A stretch of 64,000 bases of DNA from an uncultured delta proteobacterium (lineage in GTDB: Bacteria > Myxococcota > B64-G9). Positions 30,901 to 42,196 of this stretch are shown piece by piece (within the stretch, counting starts at the first letter, position 1; each line of letters starts with the position of its first letter). Where the stretch lies: assembly GCA_963754925.1 (NCBI GenBank), contig CAVWHX010000012.1, positions 64,001-128,000 of the forward strand. The letters run 5' to 3'. The notes under the pieces were generated by a model that ran no database searches, was not told where the DNA came from, and saw only the letters and a program-made list of their open reading frames with translations. The position numbers and the translations under genes were made by a program.

Positions 30901-33900
30901 AATGCAGCGAATGCCCGTTCGGGTTGTGCCAGCTGCCGATCGTATATGACCGCCACCCGCATGAGCATCCGGATTTTTTCTTCGGCATTCGCCTGCGCCT
31001 CAGCGCGCACTTCCAGCGCCCGCGCCAAACGCGGCCAATCGCTGCGCTGCTCATAAATCGGCAACAAAATCTCGGCCGCATGCGGCGCGCTATCAGGCCG
31101 CTCGAGCAACGACTCGATCGCCTGTATAGCCCGGGAATCCTCCGGCCGCTCGGATAATACCTGGAGATAATGTTCGATTGCGTTTTCGCGCTCCTCCATG
31201 CGTTCGGCCTTAACCTGGCCAAGCCGCAACTTCAGCTCGGAGGCTTCCTGCGGGGACACCAACGCAATTTCCTTGGTAAGAATCTCGGCGAGCTCGGGCC
31301 AGCGGCCCTCTTTCTCGAGCAAGGCGTCGAGGCGCCGAAGAACGGTCACCTCGTTCGTATTCGATTCATGCAGCTGCTGATACACCGCAATGGCGCGCGG
31401 CCGATCGTGGAGCTCCTCTTCGATAACCTGCCCGAGCTCCATGAGAATCGCGTGTTGGCTCTGCGCATCATCGGACGTCCCACGGCGCATCTGGAGCACA
31501 CCCGCCAGTTCCTCCCAGCGATGGGTTGTGCGCAGGAGTCCGGAGAGCGCTTCCAGGGCCTCGCGGTTGTTTGACTCGTGTTCGAGCACGCGCTGATAGC
31601 AGACGATCGCCAACTGGGGGCGGTTCAACCTATCGCGGTAGAGACCCCCGAGCACCAAACTCAAAGCGATGATCAAGGGTGGCTCATTGCTGCGGCGCAG
31701 CGCCTCTTCCAGATACGCGCTTAACTCATCCAGTCGGCTGGTTTCCTGCGCCAGGCGGAACAGGGCTTCGCGCAGCGTCGCTTTACTGGGCATCTCGGAA
31801 AACGCACGGCCATAGGTCGTAAAAGCCTGCTCTTTGTGCTCAAGCTTTTCTTCATATACCTGAGCAATGCGCTCCAGGAGACGCACCCGCTCCTCGGCCC
31901 CGGTGCATCCTTCGAGCCGAAGTTCGAGCATGTCGATGTGCCGGCGCCAGTCTCCGGCGAGCGCGTAATAGGGCTGAAGGATTTCGGCGATTCGCAACGG
32001 GTTGATCCCGCGACTCTGGAGGCGTTCCAGAACGGTCACCGTGCCGACGGCCACAGCCTGGGGAACGCCCGATGAGGACAGAATCTCGTTGCATAACTGC
32101 AAAGCGCGCTCGGGGTCGTTCAGGCGCTGCTCGTAGATGCCCGCCAGGCGGTACCGGTACTGCAGCTGCTGAGTCGGCTCGTTGCTCAGTTCCAGGCAAC
32201 GATTAAACGCCGCGGCGGCTTGCTCCCAATGGGCCTCTCGCTCGTGGAGCTGGGCAAATTCTTTCCACGCGGTGATATCCTTGGGATCAATTTGCAGAAT
32301 CTGCTCGTAGGCCGACAGGGCCGATGCAACATTGGCCATGCGATCGCGGTAAATCTCGGCCAGTTTGTTGAGCAACTCTTTCTTCTTTTGACCGCTGCGT
32401 ACCAAGGTAAGCTGCTGGGTGTAAATTCCTACCAACTCAACGCTGCCTCCGGCGGCACGATGCAAGCGCTCGAGAGCATCCAGAGCCGGAAGGTTTTTCG
32501 GGTCTTTTTCGAGAATCTGTTGGTAGGTCCGGATCGCCTCGCCGGCGTTGCTTAACCGAGTCTCATACATGGATGCCAGGTGCGCCAGGACCTCCAACAC
32601 CGACCGACCTTCCAGTTGTCCGGAATCGAGGATGGTGCGAAGCCCCAAGGCCAATTCCTGGTAGCGTCCGGTTTCCTCGCACAGCGCGAGGACTTCTTTG
32701 AACGTCTTCTTGCGCGTTGGATCCAGCATGAGGGCGCGCAGCGCCACTTTGTACGCCTCGACGAGATCCTTGCGCCGCTCGGCCTGTAAATCCAACAACC
32801 GGTCAAGCAACCTGAGCTGGTCCCGTTTCTCGCGCGCGTAATGGAGCTGAATCTCAAGGCACCGTATCAGGCCATCGACATCCTGTGCCTTCTCGTAGAT
32901 TCTCTCAAGCGCCACCGCGGCCTGCAGATTTTGCGGATCAAGGCGTATGATTTCTTCGTAGAGAAAACGCGCGCCTTGGGGATCCCGCAGATAATCGGAG
33001 GTAATCCGGGCAAGTTGAAAGAGCAAATCCGCTTTAGCGAGTGGATTGTCCTGGCGTTCAACCTGCCCCTTGAGCAATTCGACCACCTCTGCCCAGCGAC
33101 CATCCTCCTGATAATATTCCACCAGCGACACGACGGCTGAAGCATGGCTCGGCTCCACCTGGGCGATTCGTTTGTAGGTCTCGATGCTGAGTTTGCGATC
33201 CTGCAGGCATACCACCGCAAGCAAAGCAACTCGTTCAAGGAGCGCGATGACCGTTTTGCGGTCCTTGCCTCGGTTGGCCATTTCGGTCAACCGATTGATC
33301 AGCTCCTTGGGTCGGCGCGCATCGAGATAGTATCGTTCGGTAAAAGCCAATACGCGGGGGTTGCCTGGTTGCAACAGCGCGCACTTGTCGAGGTTCTCCT
33401 GTACTTCGCGATCATGCCCCCCTTTGAGGAAGAAGAGTTCAGCGATGCGCCGGTAACAGGCGACCGCCCGACCTTTGTCGGGAGCCTCGACCGCTTCGAC
33501 CCGTAGACGCTTTATCCGAGCCTCTACATCAGCCTTGGCCGCCTCGAGTTTCGCCTGCGCCACCGCCACCAACGCTGGATCGGAAAGCAGTTTTGCAGCC
33601 CTCTCGAGGCACTCTCGGCACAGCTGTTCATACAACGGTTCATCAAGAAGTTCTTCTCCCAGTTGTAAAAAGCGCCCGCCCAGAGCCTCCGAATCACGGG
33701 CGTCAAGCTCGGCCTCGCGCTGAAGCAGTTCGACCACTTTCTGGTACGAGCCGAGCTCGCGATAGATACCACCGAGGGCGGTTAGGACGCCGATTCGTTT
33801 CGGGTCGGCTGCGAGCGCATATTGCCAAGCCACCAGCGCCTTATCACGACGTTTGAGATGGTCGCGGTAGATGGTCCCCAGACGTTGGTAGATATCGGCT

Positions 33901-34280
33901 CGTTCAGTCGCGTCCTGGGCTAACCACACGTGCTGCTCGAGCACCTCTGCCAGTTTGGCGAAGTCGCCTCGTCGGCTCGCTATGTCCTCTAAGCCCTCCA
34001 GCGCAACAAGACTTTGCGGATAGGCATGCAGAATCTGCTCATAGCTTGCAATCGCTCGGGCTTGATCGCCAAGCTTGACATGCCAGATAGAGCCTACCTT
34101 CTCCATCAGCAATCGAATCTGTTCTGCATCGCATTGGTGGCGAAGGCGTTCTTCATAAAGCTGCACCAACTCGCGCCAGCGCTCTTTTCCCTTGAATATT
34201 TCCTCAAGTGCATTAAATGCCGCTGCATCGGTCGGATTGGTCTTGAGAATCTTTTGGTAGCTACGAATCTGCTCTTCCAT
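21991..34280 (-). CDS. gltI: Giant TPR protein GltI/AgmK-like (~4,100 aa); 1-nt frameshift near 27229
   Basis: Two ORFs with identical TPR repeat style join as TVA-F-NTYVRMF if one T is added; position between gltG and gltJ. Confidence 0.82.
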
Positions 34281-34315
34281 CGAAAAGATTGCTCCTGGCT
34301 GCAAACAAGCATCGA

Positions 34316-34345
34316 CACAGGGGTCGAGAGTGACTTGACCCCGTG
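34316..34345. other. Hairpin upstream of gltI
   Basis: ggggtcgag-agtga-cttgacccc; function unknown. Confidence 0.45.
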
Positions 34346-34493
34346 TTTATTAAAGCTAGTAAATCCCAATTACCTATTATCGCAAAACATCTTACAATGT
34401 AAAGAAAAGGTCCCGAAAAGCGCGGGCATTGAGATGGCTGCGGATGGGGGAACGACTTCTATGGATTCCGGAACGTTAAAGCGTTCTGCAAAC

Positions 34494-36454
34494 CTACGAC
34501 GACCGCAGTATGAACGGATAATTTACGATGACGATACCGCCGCCCTTGGGCTCGGGGAATTTCCAGGTATGAATCTTTTGAATGATGCACTGCTCAACAA
34601 CGGCGTTGTTCAAACTGCTCTCGCTCACCGCCGCTTGCGTAACATACCCCTTAGGACTAATGGTGAATTTAACTGAAACCTTGCCGGCGAGGTTGGGGTT
34701 GCGGGTCAGTTCTTGCGAGTAGCAATATTTAATTTGATCGCGATGGGATTGAATCACTTGGCGGATGATCTCCATGCTCAACGAACCCATTATGATCGGA
34801 TTGCCGACGCTGATGTTGATATTGCTCTCTCCGTGACCTCTCAATTTTGCCACTGCAGTGCCATAACCGGCCTGATTACCGCCGCGGCCATAGGTACCCA
34901 AACTGCCGACGCCGATGGTGGTCGAGCCGGGAGCGCCGCCGCCGCCCGTACCCGTGCCCTTCAATCCCAACCCGCCCATACCGCCGCTGTCGCCGACAAC
35001 GTTGCCGGTCAGATTGCCAATAGCTCCGTCGAGCTCGCCACCCAACCCGGAGCCTCCCATAACGGTCGACACGCCGTATTGGCCACTGCCGCTCAAAACT
35101 CCTAAGAGACCCTTATTACCGACCAGTTCCTTGTCATCGATTTTGATGGCTTTTATCGCCATGCGCCTGCCGAGTTCGGGCATATTTTTCTTTCCCGCGG
35201 CACCCTCGGTGCCCGCTGCCCGTGGGGCTATTCCCGCCTTCTCGCTAATGTCTGCCTTGAGTTTCCAAGAAAGGCCAGATCCTTTTGCTCTGGTTTCGGC
35301 CGTTCGAGAATAAACTGAACATACCGATCGGGCACCTTGTAGAGTTCTTCCTCGGAGCCTTCGATCGACTTTGGCCTTAATTGTATGGTTGCAATCATGC
35401 CCGAGTACATAAATAACAGTAATAAAATTGAGTTAAGGAACGTATAGTCGATCCGATCCGATAGTTTTGAGACAAACCCGGCCGGCCTTGAAACATATCT
35501 AAAACGAAAGCCCACTTGTCCAAAACTCACCGTGGCGGTTGCCTGTCGCGGTAAGGTAATGTTATAACATTGCGTGAAGGTGGGATCCCGACCAGTCTTT
35601 GAACCGCTCACCAAATCCTGCAGCGTGGTGCTGGCTCCGTTGCTCTCGACCACCGTACCCGTAGCCTTATCACTAAAAGCTAACACGAGGTCGTTTTCTA
35701 CCACCCTGGCGATGGGAAAGACCGTAGCTGGCAGTAAATCCGCCGGTAGGTAAAAATCGACGTTATTGCTCTCTCCTACCATAATCTGCTTCGTATCGTT
35801 TTTGAAATAACGCAATTCAATAACATTGTTGCCCCACAGCTGGCGTACCTCAAGAGCCCAATTTTCTGGAGTGACGGCGGGGTCATCGTTAAGTTCGCCG
35901 AGTTCGCGTGGCGGCGGGAGGGCAACCCGAGGTGAATAGGTGACCGGAGGCTTTCTTTTCACCATCGGCGGCGGAACGGCCACCGGTGCCGAAACCGGCT
36001 TTGTCGGCTCGGGCTTGGGTTTTTCATCCGTGAAGGCGGACTCAACAAACGTACCAATTGCTGAAATGGACTCCGCTGCCGGCGTCGCCGCCGGAACCTT
36101 TGAGACTGCCGTCGCTTCGCTCTCGGCTTTGAGAGAGGCAACCAGATCTTCGGACTCCTCTTCTACAAAAACTAAGCTCGTGTCGCCGATACGCATTTCA
36201 TCACCGGGATGTAAAACGGCCTTGTTTACTTTTTCACCGTTTACAAAGGTGCCCTCGGTGCTTCCCATATCAATAACACTTACCTCGCCTCCGTCCGATA
36301 CCTCCACCACTGCATGAATCCGAGACACCTTCTCATCGTCCAGTCGGAGGTGGGCCGATGATAATCGGCCGATCTTGATGGTTTCTTGCTCAAACTTTTC
36401 TACCGAGAGCAATTCACCATTTCGTAAAACTTTAAAGGTCAACGGCTTACCCAT
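34494..36454 (-). CDS. gltG: GltG (FHA, TM, Gly-rich linker, TonB-C); frameshift near 35263
   Basis: IKIGRLSSAHLRLDDEKVSRIHA FHA domain; adding one A joins to the TonB-C part ending WKFPEPKGGGIVIVNYPF. Confidence 0.9.
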
Positions 36455-36481
36455 AACCGCCTCCTCAACGTAATTCTTCAC

Positions 36482-36769
36482 TCACTGGAGATCTCTAACA
36501 GATTCTAACACCTTGTCTTTGAAGTCTTCCCGGACAGTTATCAGGCTCTTGTGTCTCGATCCGCGGCGACCGGTTAAAGATTCCTGATCGGGCCGGGTAA
36601 GATCCCCGGTGATGGTGTCGTCTTCAAAATTATAAACCGTTTTCTTTTTGTAGATGACATCGTCATCTGCGGCCATGGCTACGTGCGGCTTGGCTGCCAT
36701 GCCGAATACCATACTCGCCAGGACTGCCATCAACCAAATCCATTTACGGTAAAAGGAAGTTTTCTTCAT
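36482..36769 (-). CDS. gltF: GltF/CglF small periplasmic gliding protein
   Basis: Signal peptide, then YKKKTVYNFEDDTITGDLTRPD...LITVREDF. Confidence 0.85.
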   Translation of the reverse strand: MKKTSFYRKWIWLMAVLASMVFGMAAKPHVAMAADDDVIYKKKTVYNFEDDTITGDLTRPDQESLTGRRGSRHKSLITVREDFKDKVLESVRDLQ

Positions 36770-36927
36770 ACCCCAATCCTCCTCGTTCCGATAAACCAAA
36801 CAGCACCTCATGAACCATTACATCTTCTTTCCTTATGTCAGCGTCCACAACGGTATTTGACGTCCTGTCCTGTTGTTTGTTCTTTCTTGCTGGTAAATTA
36901 TACCCCAAAATATTATTTATTGAAAAA

Positions 36928-38551
36928 TTATGACTTCGTTTTTGGCGTCGGCTTCTCTGGCTTCTTAGATGTAGGCTTTTTCCCTACCCAGAGCCCTCCT
37001 TGGAAAAGCATATCGGTTTTATCTTTGAAGGTAATTAACACGTCCCATGCACCAACCTGAAGCCCCTTGGGAGCTTGGATTTCAATGGAATAGTCGTCAA
37101 GTTGTCGCCAGGGGACCTTATAGGCGCCAAGCTCAACCTTTGCTATATTCTTGAAAATCGCTCCCGCAAGCGTTAAGGTCTCAGCCTTCTCCGACGTCAT
37201 GGCAAGGGGTACGATGACAAAAGGCATCTCTGCTGTCTGAAGTTTTTTCGGCGGAAGCACATCATTCTCCTGTTCAGCGCGCGCCCACTCTTTATCGTAC
37301 AAGTCTTGTTTCTGTTTCTCAAGTCTGGTAACGAGCTCTTGCAGCCGCTTCCCTTCTTCTTCGGCCTTGTGCTGTTCTTCTTGCACCTTTTTATCCATTT
37401 CAATCTGATCTCGTGCTTCCTTAAGCAAGGCGTAGACCGGATGATCATTGGGAAGATTCCCGGACATCTTTTTAAAACTGCTAAACTCATCCACCGCGGC
37501 GTGCATGTCCGTTATATTGCGTAGGTGAATCATGCCGCGCCAATAGTACGGCAGGGGATCTTTGGGATATTTTTCAGAAAGCTTTTGAAAATGTTTCAAG
37601 GCATTCTCAAAATCGCCGGTCCCGCGCATGGCTATCCCTAATCCGACTTCTGCCTTGATATTATCGGGCTCGTAGGCGAGAATTTTTTGGAACTCCTCGC
37701 GCGCCACCCTGAAGTCTTTATAATCCAAGGCAATCTTGGCGACATTGAACCGGGTTTGGATCATATCCGGTTCTTTCTGCAGCGCGGTACGAAATTGCGC
37801 CAGTGCCTCCGGCACCTTTTGCATCCTGAGTAACACAAGCCCCAAGGTATTGAGCAACCGGGGGTCTTTATCTTTAACGACGAGCCCCCGTTGACAAATC
37901 AAGTGCGCCATGTCGAGATCGCCTTTATCATAATACACCGAGGCCATGATGCGGTAGGCTCCCATATTGGTTGGGTCACGAATGAGAACCTGAGAGGCCG
38001 CATCGATAGCCTGATCGTACTGTTTTCGTTGACCGTAGATCTCAGCCATCTGTAAGCAGCACCGCGCTGTTTTTGGAATCCTTTACCAGGGCGCGCTTGA
38101 AAAGCTCAAGCGCTTGATCGAGATCGCCTTGATGCGCCAGGATGGCCCCCAAGCTCGCCGCTGCGATGCTCAGATCCGGTTTTAGTGATAACGCCTGCTC
38201 GTAATTCTCTTTGGCTTTTTTCTCATCTTGCATCGCCTCATAAATACATCCGAGGTTATAATAAGCCTCGGCGAGTTTTGGTTCCTTATCAATTACAGAC
38301 TGAAAAATTCTAAGCAACGCCGAGTAATCGATTACCGGTTTAGTAAGCTCCTTTTGGTACGACGCAACCGCCTCGCTAAAAAGCAACTTATTCTCTTGGG
38401 GAGCCTCAGCCGCCGGTTGTTGTGTCTGGGCTGGAACCTTGGTTATGCCTTTCTCATTGCGTTTTTCAGATGAAGCTCCACAAGCTGCCAAAAAACCTGC
38501 AAAAAAGTAGACACCAAACAAGCACAGGGCGAATTTAATAGTGTTATACAT
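36928..38551 (-). CDS. gltE: GltE/AglT TPR lipoprotein; frameshift near 38050
   Basis: LAAC lipobox; TPRs continue across the two ORFs; between gltD and gltF. Confidence 0.8.
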
Positions 38552-38604
38552 ACCGTTCCTCTCAGCCGACTAGAAATCGCGACTCGTAATCGTCCGACTG
38601 TCTA

Positions 38605-41600
38605 TCATTGCTTATGTTCCTCTCCCGATGCCCCTGATTCCTTGCGCTGCAGCGTGAGCGCCGGCTCATTCATGAATTCCGGATTCTTGACGGCGTCGCT
38701 CCACAGGACGGTCAACAACGGATTGCGGCTTGCCACATCCGCCACCGTTTTTACCTCGAATCCTAATTCTTCACGAGGATACTCAGCCGGCCGGTATTCC
38801 TGAAGCTTGGCGAGCGCCAGCTGAGTGAACTGGCTATCGAAACCCAATTCCGAGCCCTTATCCACCGACGCCTTGAAGTGCGTAACGGCCTTGTCTTCCC
38901 ATGGTTGACCGAGTTCTCGAAGCTTTTGCATGTAGATATCTTGCTGTTCTGTCGTAAAGCCTTTCGGCATTGGGGCTTTGTAGTAACTCTCGGCCATATT
39001 CTCGTAAGCCCGTCCCAGCTTATATAGAGAGGCGATAGCCCACTCAGCTTGCCCGAGCTTGGCGATATCGGTGTATTTTTTCTCGACCCTCTTCAACCGA
39101 TACGTCTTCTCCTCTACTTCTTTTGCCAGGGCTTTTTGATTGGTGGTGGCAGTCAGATGGTATTTGATATACTCATCAAACTCATCTTCAGAAAGAATAA
39201 ATTCAGCATGAGCCGCGGCCTCAGCCGCTTCGGTTGTGGTAGCTTTGGGTCTCTTTTGCAACGCGTGGTATTGAGCTATAACCGCCTTGAATTCCTTTTC
39301 AGCCTCGGTGGTTTTTTTAAGCTTCTGCAATAACAGCGCCCGTTTCATGCGCGCGGCAATTGCACGGTCGGGAAACAAACCGAGATATTTATCAAAGTAT
39401 GTTTTGTAGCTATCAATGGCTAACTGATCCTTTTGAAGATTTTCATAGAGAAGCGCCAACGAGTAATACACCTTGGGGGTATCGGGAGCGTTCGGGAACA
39501 AACTGATAAACTCCTCTCGATCGGTGATGGCTTGTTGAAATTCCTTGAGGGCTTCCCGGTAAATCCCGGCATTGATCAATGCGGCTTGGGCATCAATATT
39601 ATTCCAGGTGCGACGATTGCCCTCGAATTGTTTTTCATTAACATTATCAGCAGGTGAAGCTTCTTTCTTGCCGGCAACCGTTTTTCCCAACCCCAACATC
39701 TTTTTGAAGCGCTCGGCGTATTTTTCATAGAGGGTTGCAGCTTTGCTGAAGTCTGTCGAACGCTCAAAATTTTCCGCAAGGTTGAAAATGGTACCGGGCA
39801 CCAGATCGCTCGTTGGGTATTCATCGATCAGCTTCTGGCGCGCCCTCCGGGCCAAATCCAGCCGCTCGGCCCGTTCGAACTCGACGCTGGCATTGAACAA
39901 CGCATCATCAGCCAGTTCGTGGTCTTTAAATTCTTTCGTGAAGCTAATATACGACATGGCAACCTTGTAGTGGATCTGCTGCGGGGTGAGCGGCTTTTGG
40001 CCCTCAGGTGTCTTGGCAAAAGTCTTGTCCAACGTTTCCATGCGCTTGAAAACAATCTTCGGAAAAAGTTTGGTCAGGTACTCATGAAGTTTCTGGTTCT
40101 TCATGAGCGTTTGGTTTTGTATATATTTGCGCGCATAGGTGGTCAATCCATCCAAATCACCGATGAGATTAAATGAATCAAGGACTAAGTTTGCAGCGTA
40201 CTCGGCCAGTTCGTTATTGGGGAAGTCACGCACAATTTCATCGAAGCGTTTAATTGCTTCATCAAAATAATTGAAGTCGTAATAGGTCTTGGCAATATCG
40301 TACTTGAGGTTGCAAAGGTCTTCGCTTGCCGGGCAATGATCCATATAGACCTCTGCAGCTTGAAGAAAACGCATGCGCTCCCTCGAGAACGGCTGTTTCT
40401 CAAGTTCCTTTGGCTTTTCTTTATCTGTTTTAGGTTTTTCTTTCTTCTGCTCGGCTTTCAACTGTTCGCGATGGACCAAAACGGTTTTATAGGCCGCATC
40501 ACATAAATAGGTGCCGGGGCTACTCCTGCCCTGTTTCGTCTTTTCAGGAAACTTATTGTATTTCTTAAGGTAATCAAGATCGGCCACCACTATCTTTGTG
40601 TATTCTTCAGCAGCCCGCTCGAATTGTCCCAGGCGGTAGTAGAGAAGCTCGGCAAAAGCAAAACGGATGTCATACGCGTCGGGAGAATCAGGAAAGAGTT
40701 CGAGGTAATCGCTGAACATTTCCTGGGAATATTGAAAGGTTTCTTTTTGCTTGGTTTCCTTTGCTTCCTTATACCACATGCTGCCAAGCTTGCGTAAGGT
40801 GGTTTCAGCAAGTTCACGAGCTTCCTTGATGCGCGAAGCCTCACCCGGGGTTGGATTCGTCAAGCAGGTTTCTGTCTGTTTAAAAAGCTCGACCAACATT
40901 CGTACCTGTGCCACCGTATCGCGTTTATCGCCCACACGCGAGCTGCAATCGACGACGCGACCTTGAAAAAATGGCACCTCGGCCGAGCATTTTTCACGAG
41001 AGATCAAGTAGCGATATATGATGATGGCTTTTCGGTCCTGGCCCACACCGAAGTAAATTTGAGCCAGATTAGACACCATGCCATGAACTTCTTTTGGATC
41101 TTCAGTTAGTTTGGCAAAAACGGTTGGAGCCTCTTCGGCGGAGCCCTCATTGCTGTACGTCAGGGTATAGTCCTTCAAAGCTTCCTTACGGATCTCGAGT
41201 TTCTTACCCTCTCCCATGGACAACATAATTACTTGGGAGAACATCTCCTTAGCTTTTTCCCACTCGTGAAAATTAAAATAACACCATCCCTGCTTATAAA
41301 TGCCATAGGTATAAATTGGCGATTCGGGATATTCTCCGACTTTCTTATACGCGATCAAAGCCTTCTCAAGTAGGGCTGATTCCTTAGTCGCATTATCAAA
41401 ATAGTACTCACCAAACGCCAAATAGGAGTCAGGGACATACTTGCTTTTGGGGTAGTTGGTGATCAGCTGCTTATAGACCGACAAGGAATCCTTTTGACGA
41501 CCGATATCCCACAACGAATACGCGAGGAAATAGAGCACCTGATCGCGATTGGGATAGTTCGGATGCTTCTCGATAAGCTCCTTATACAGGTCAATCGCCT

Positions 41601-42015
41601 GCAGGCGCCATTTGTCCTCGTCTACCCTAAAGGTTTTTTTCTTCTCATCAATATCTTTACGGAGCCGGTCGTTTTCCGGGTCCTTGGCCAGTTGTTCGTC
41701 AAGTTGTTGAGCCTGGTTGAAATAAAACATCGCCTCTTCGAAACAGTTCTCGGCCAGACGGAACACCAGGTCCGCGCGGCGCTCTTCGCTCTTTTCGTAC
41801 TTCAGCAACTCCCGCAGCTCATCGCGGATGGTCTTGCGCTTCTCTGCTATCTGCAGATCGACCGTCCGGGTCTGGCGAAAACGCTGGTACTCAAGACCAG
41901 GGCGCCGGATGGTTTCCTCTTTTTTGGGAGCGGTGGTATAAGCCTGTGCATCCGAGGCAACCAGCGCGAGCCCCACGATCAACCCTCGACAAAAAACCGA
42001 GCCTCGTCGTATCAC
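38605..42015 (-). CDS. gltD: GltD/AgmU TPR protein
   Basis: FRLAE, YPKSKYVPDSYLAFGEYYF, YKQGWCYFN, AANLVLDS; AAGGAG RBS before GTG. Confidence 0.88.
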   Translation of the reverse strand: MIRRGSVFCRGLIVGLALVASDAQAYTTAPKKEETIRRPGLEYQRFRQTRTVDLQIAEKRKTIRDELRELLKYEKSEERRADLVFRLAENCFEEAMFYFNQAQQLDEQLAKDPENDRLRKDIDEKKKTFRVDEDKWRLQAIDLYKELIEKHPNYPNRDQVLYFLAYSLWDIGRQKDSLSVYKQLITNYPKSKYVPDSYLAFGEYYFDNATKESALLEKALIAYKKVGEYPESPIYTYGIYKQGWCYFNFHEWEKAKEMFSQVIMLSMGEGKKLEIRKEALKDYTLTYSNEGSAEEAPTVFAKLTEDPKEVHGMVSNLAQIYFGVGQDRKAIIIYRYLISREKCSAEVPFFQGRVVDCSSRVGDKRDTVAQVRMLVELFKQTETCLTNPTPGEASRIKEARELAETTLRKLGSMWYKEAKETKQKETFQYSQEMFSDYLELFPDSPDAYDIRFAFAELLYYRLGQFERAAEEYTKIVVADLDYLKKYNKFPEKTKQGRSSPGTYLCDAAYKTVLVHREQLKAEQKKEKPKTDKEKPKELEKQPFSRERMRFLQAAEVYMDHCPASEDLCNLKYDIAKTYYDFNYFDEAIKRFDEIVRDFPNNELAEYAANLVLDSFNLIGDLDGLTTYARKYIQNQTLMKNQKLHEYLTKLFPKIVFKRMETLDKTFAKTPEGQKPLTPQQIHYKVAMSYISFTKEFKDHELADDALFNASVEFERAERLDLARRARQKLIDEYPTSDLVPGTIFNLAENFERSTDFSKAATLYEKYAERFKKMLGLGKTVAGKKEASPADNVNEKQFEGNRRTWNNIDAQAALINAGIYREALKEFQQAITDREEFISLFPNAPDTPKVYYSLALLYENLQKDQLAIDSYKTYFDKYLGLFPDRAIAARMKRALLLQKLKKTTEAEKEFKAVIAQYHALQKRPKATTTEAAEAAAHAEFILSEDEFDEYIKYHLTATTNQKALAKEVEEKTYRLKRVEKKYTDIAKLGQAEWAIASLYKLGRAYENMAESYYKAPMPKGFTTEQQDIYMQKLRELGQPWEDKAVTHFKASVDKGSELGFDSQFTQLALAKLQEYRPAEYPREELGFEVKTVADVASRNPLLTVLWSDAVKNPEFMNEPALTLQRKESGASGEEHKQ

Positions 42016-42196
42016 AACGTAACTCCTTTAAAGATAGTATCTGCCGCGATACCGCTGCTGCTTAACCAATGCTTACCACGCAATGGCTTTATCGCTTCGG
42101 AATTCTCACGCGCACCAAGGGGATAGCAACGGTATCCGGTTTTAGAGCAGGTTTTGTAACGCAATGGTATAAACTCTTCCTTCGCACAGAAGGAGA

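Noticed and set aside
38565..38599. Imperfect cgact..aatcg repeats between gltD and gltE
   Set aside because: Too short and degenerate to interpret.
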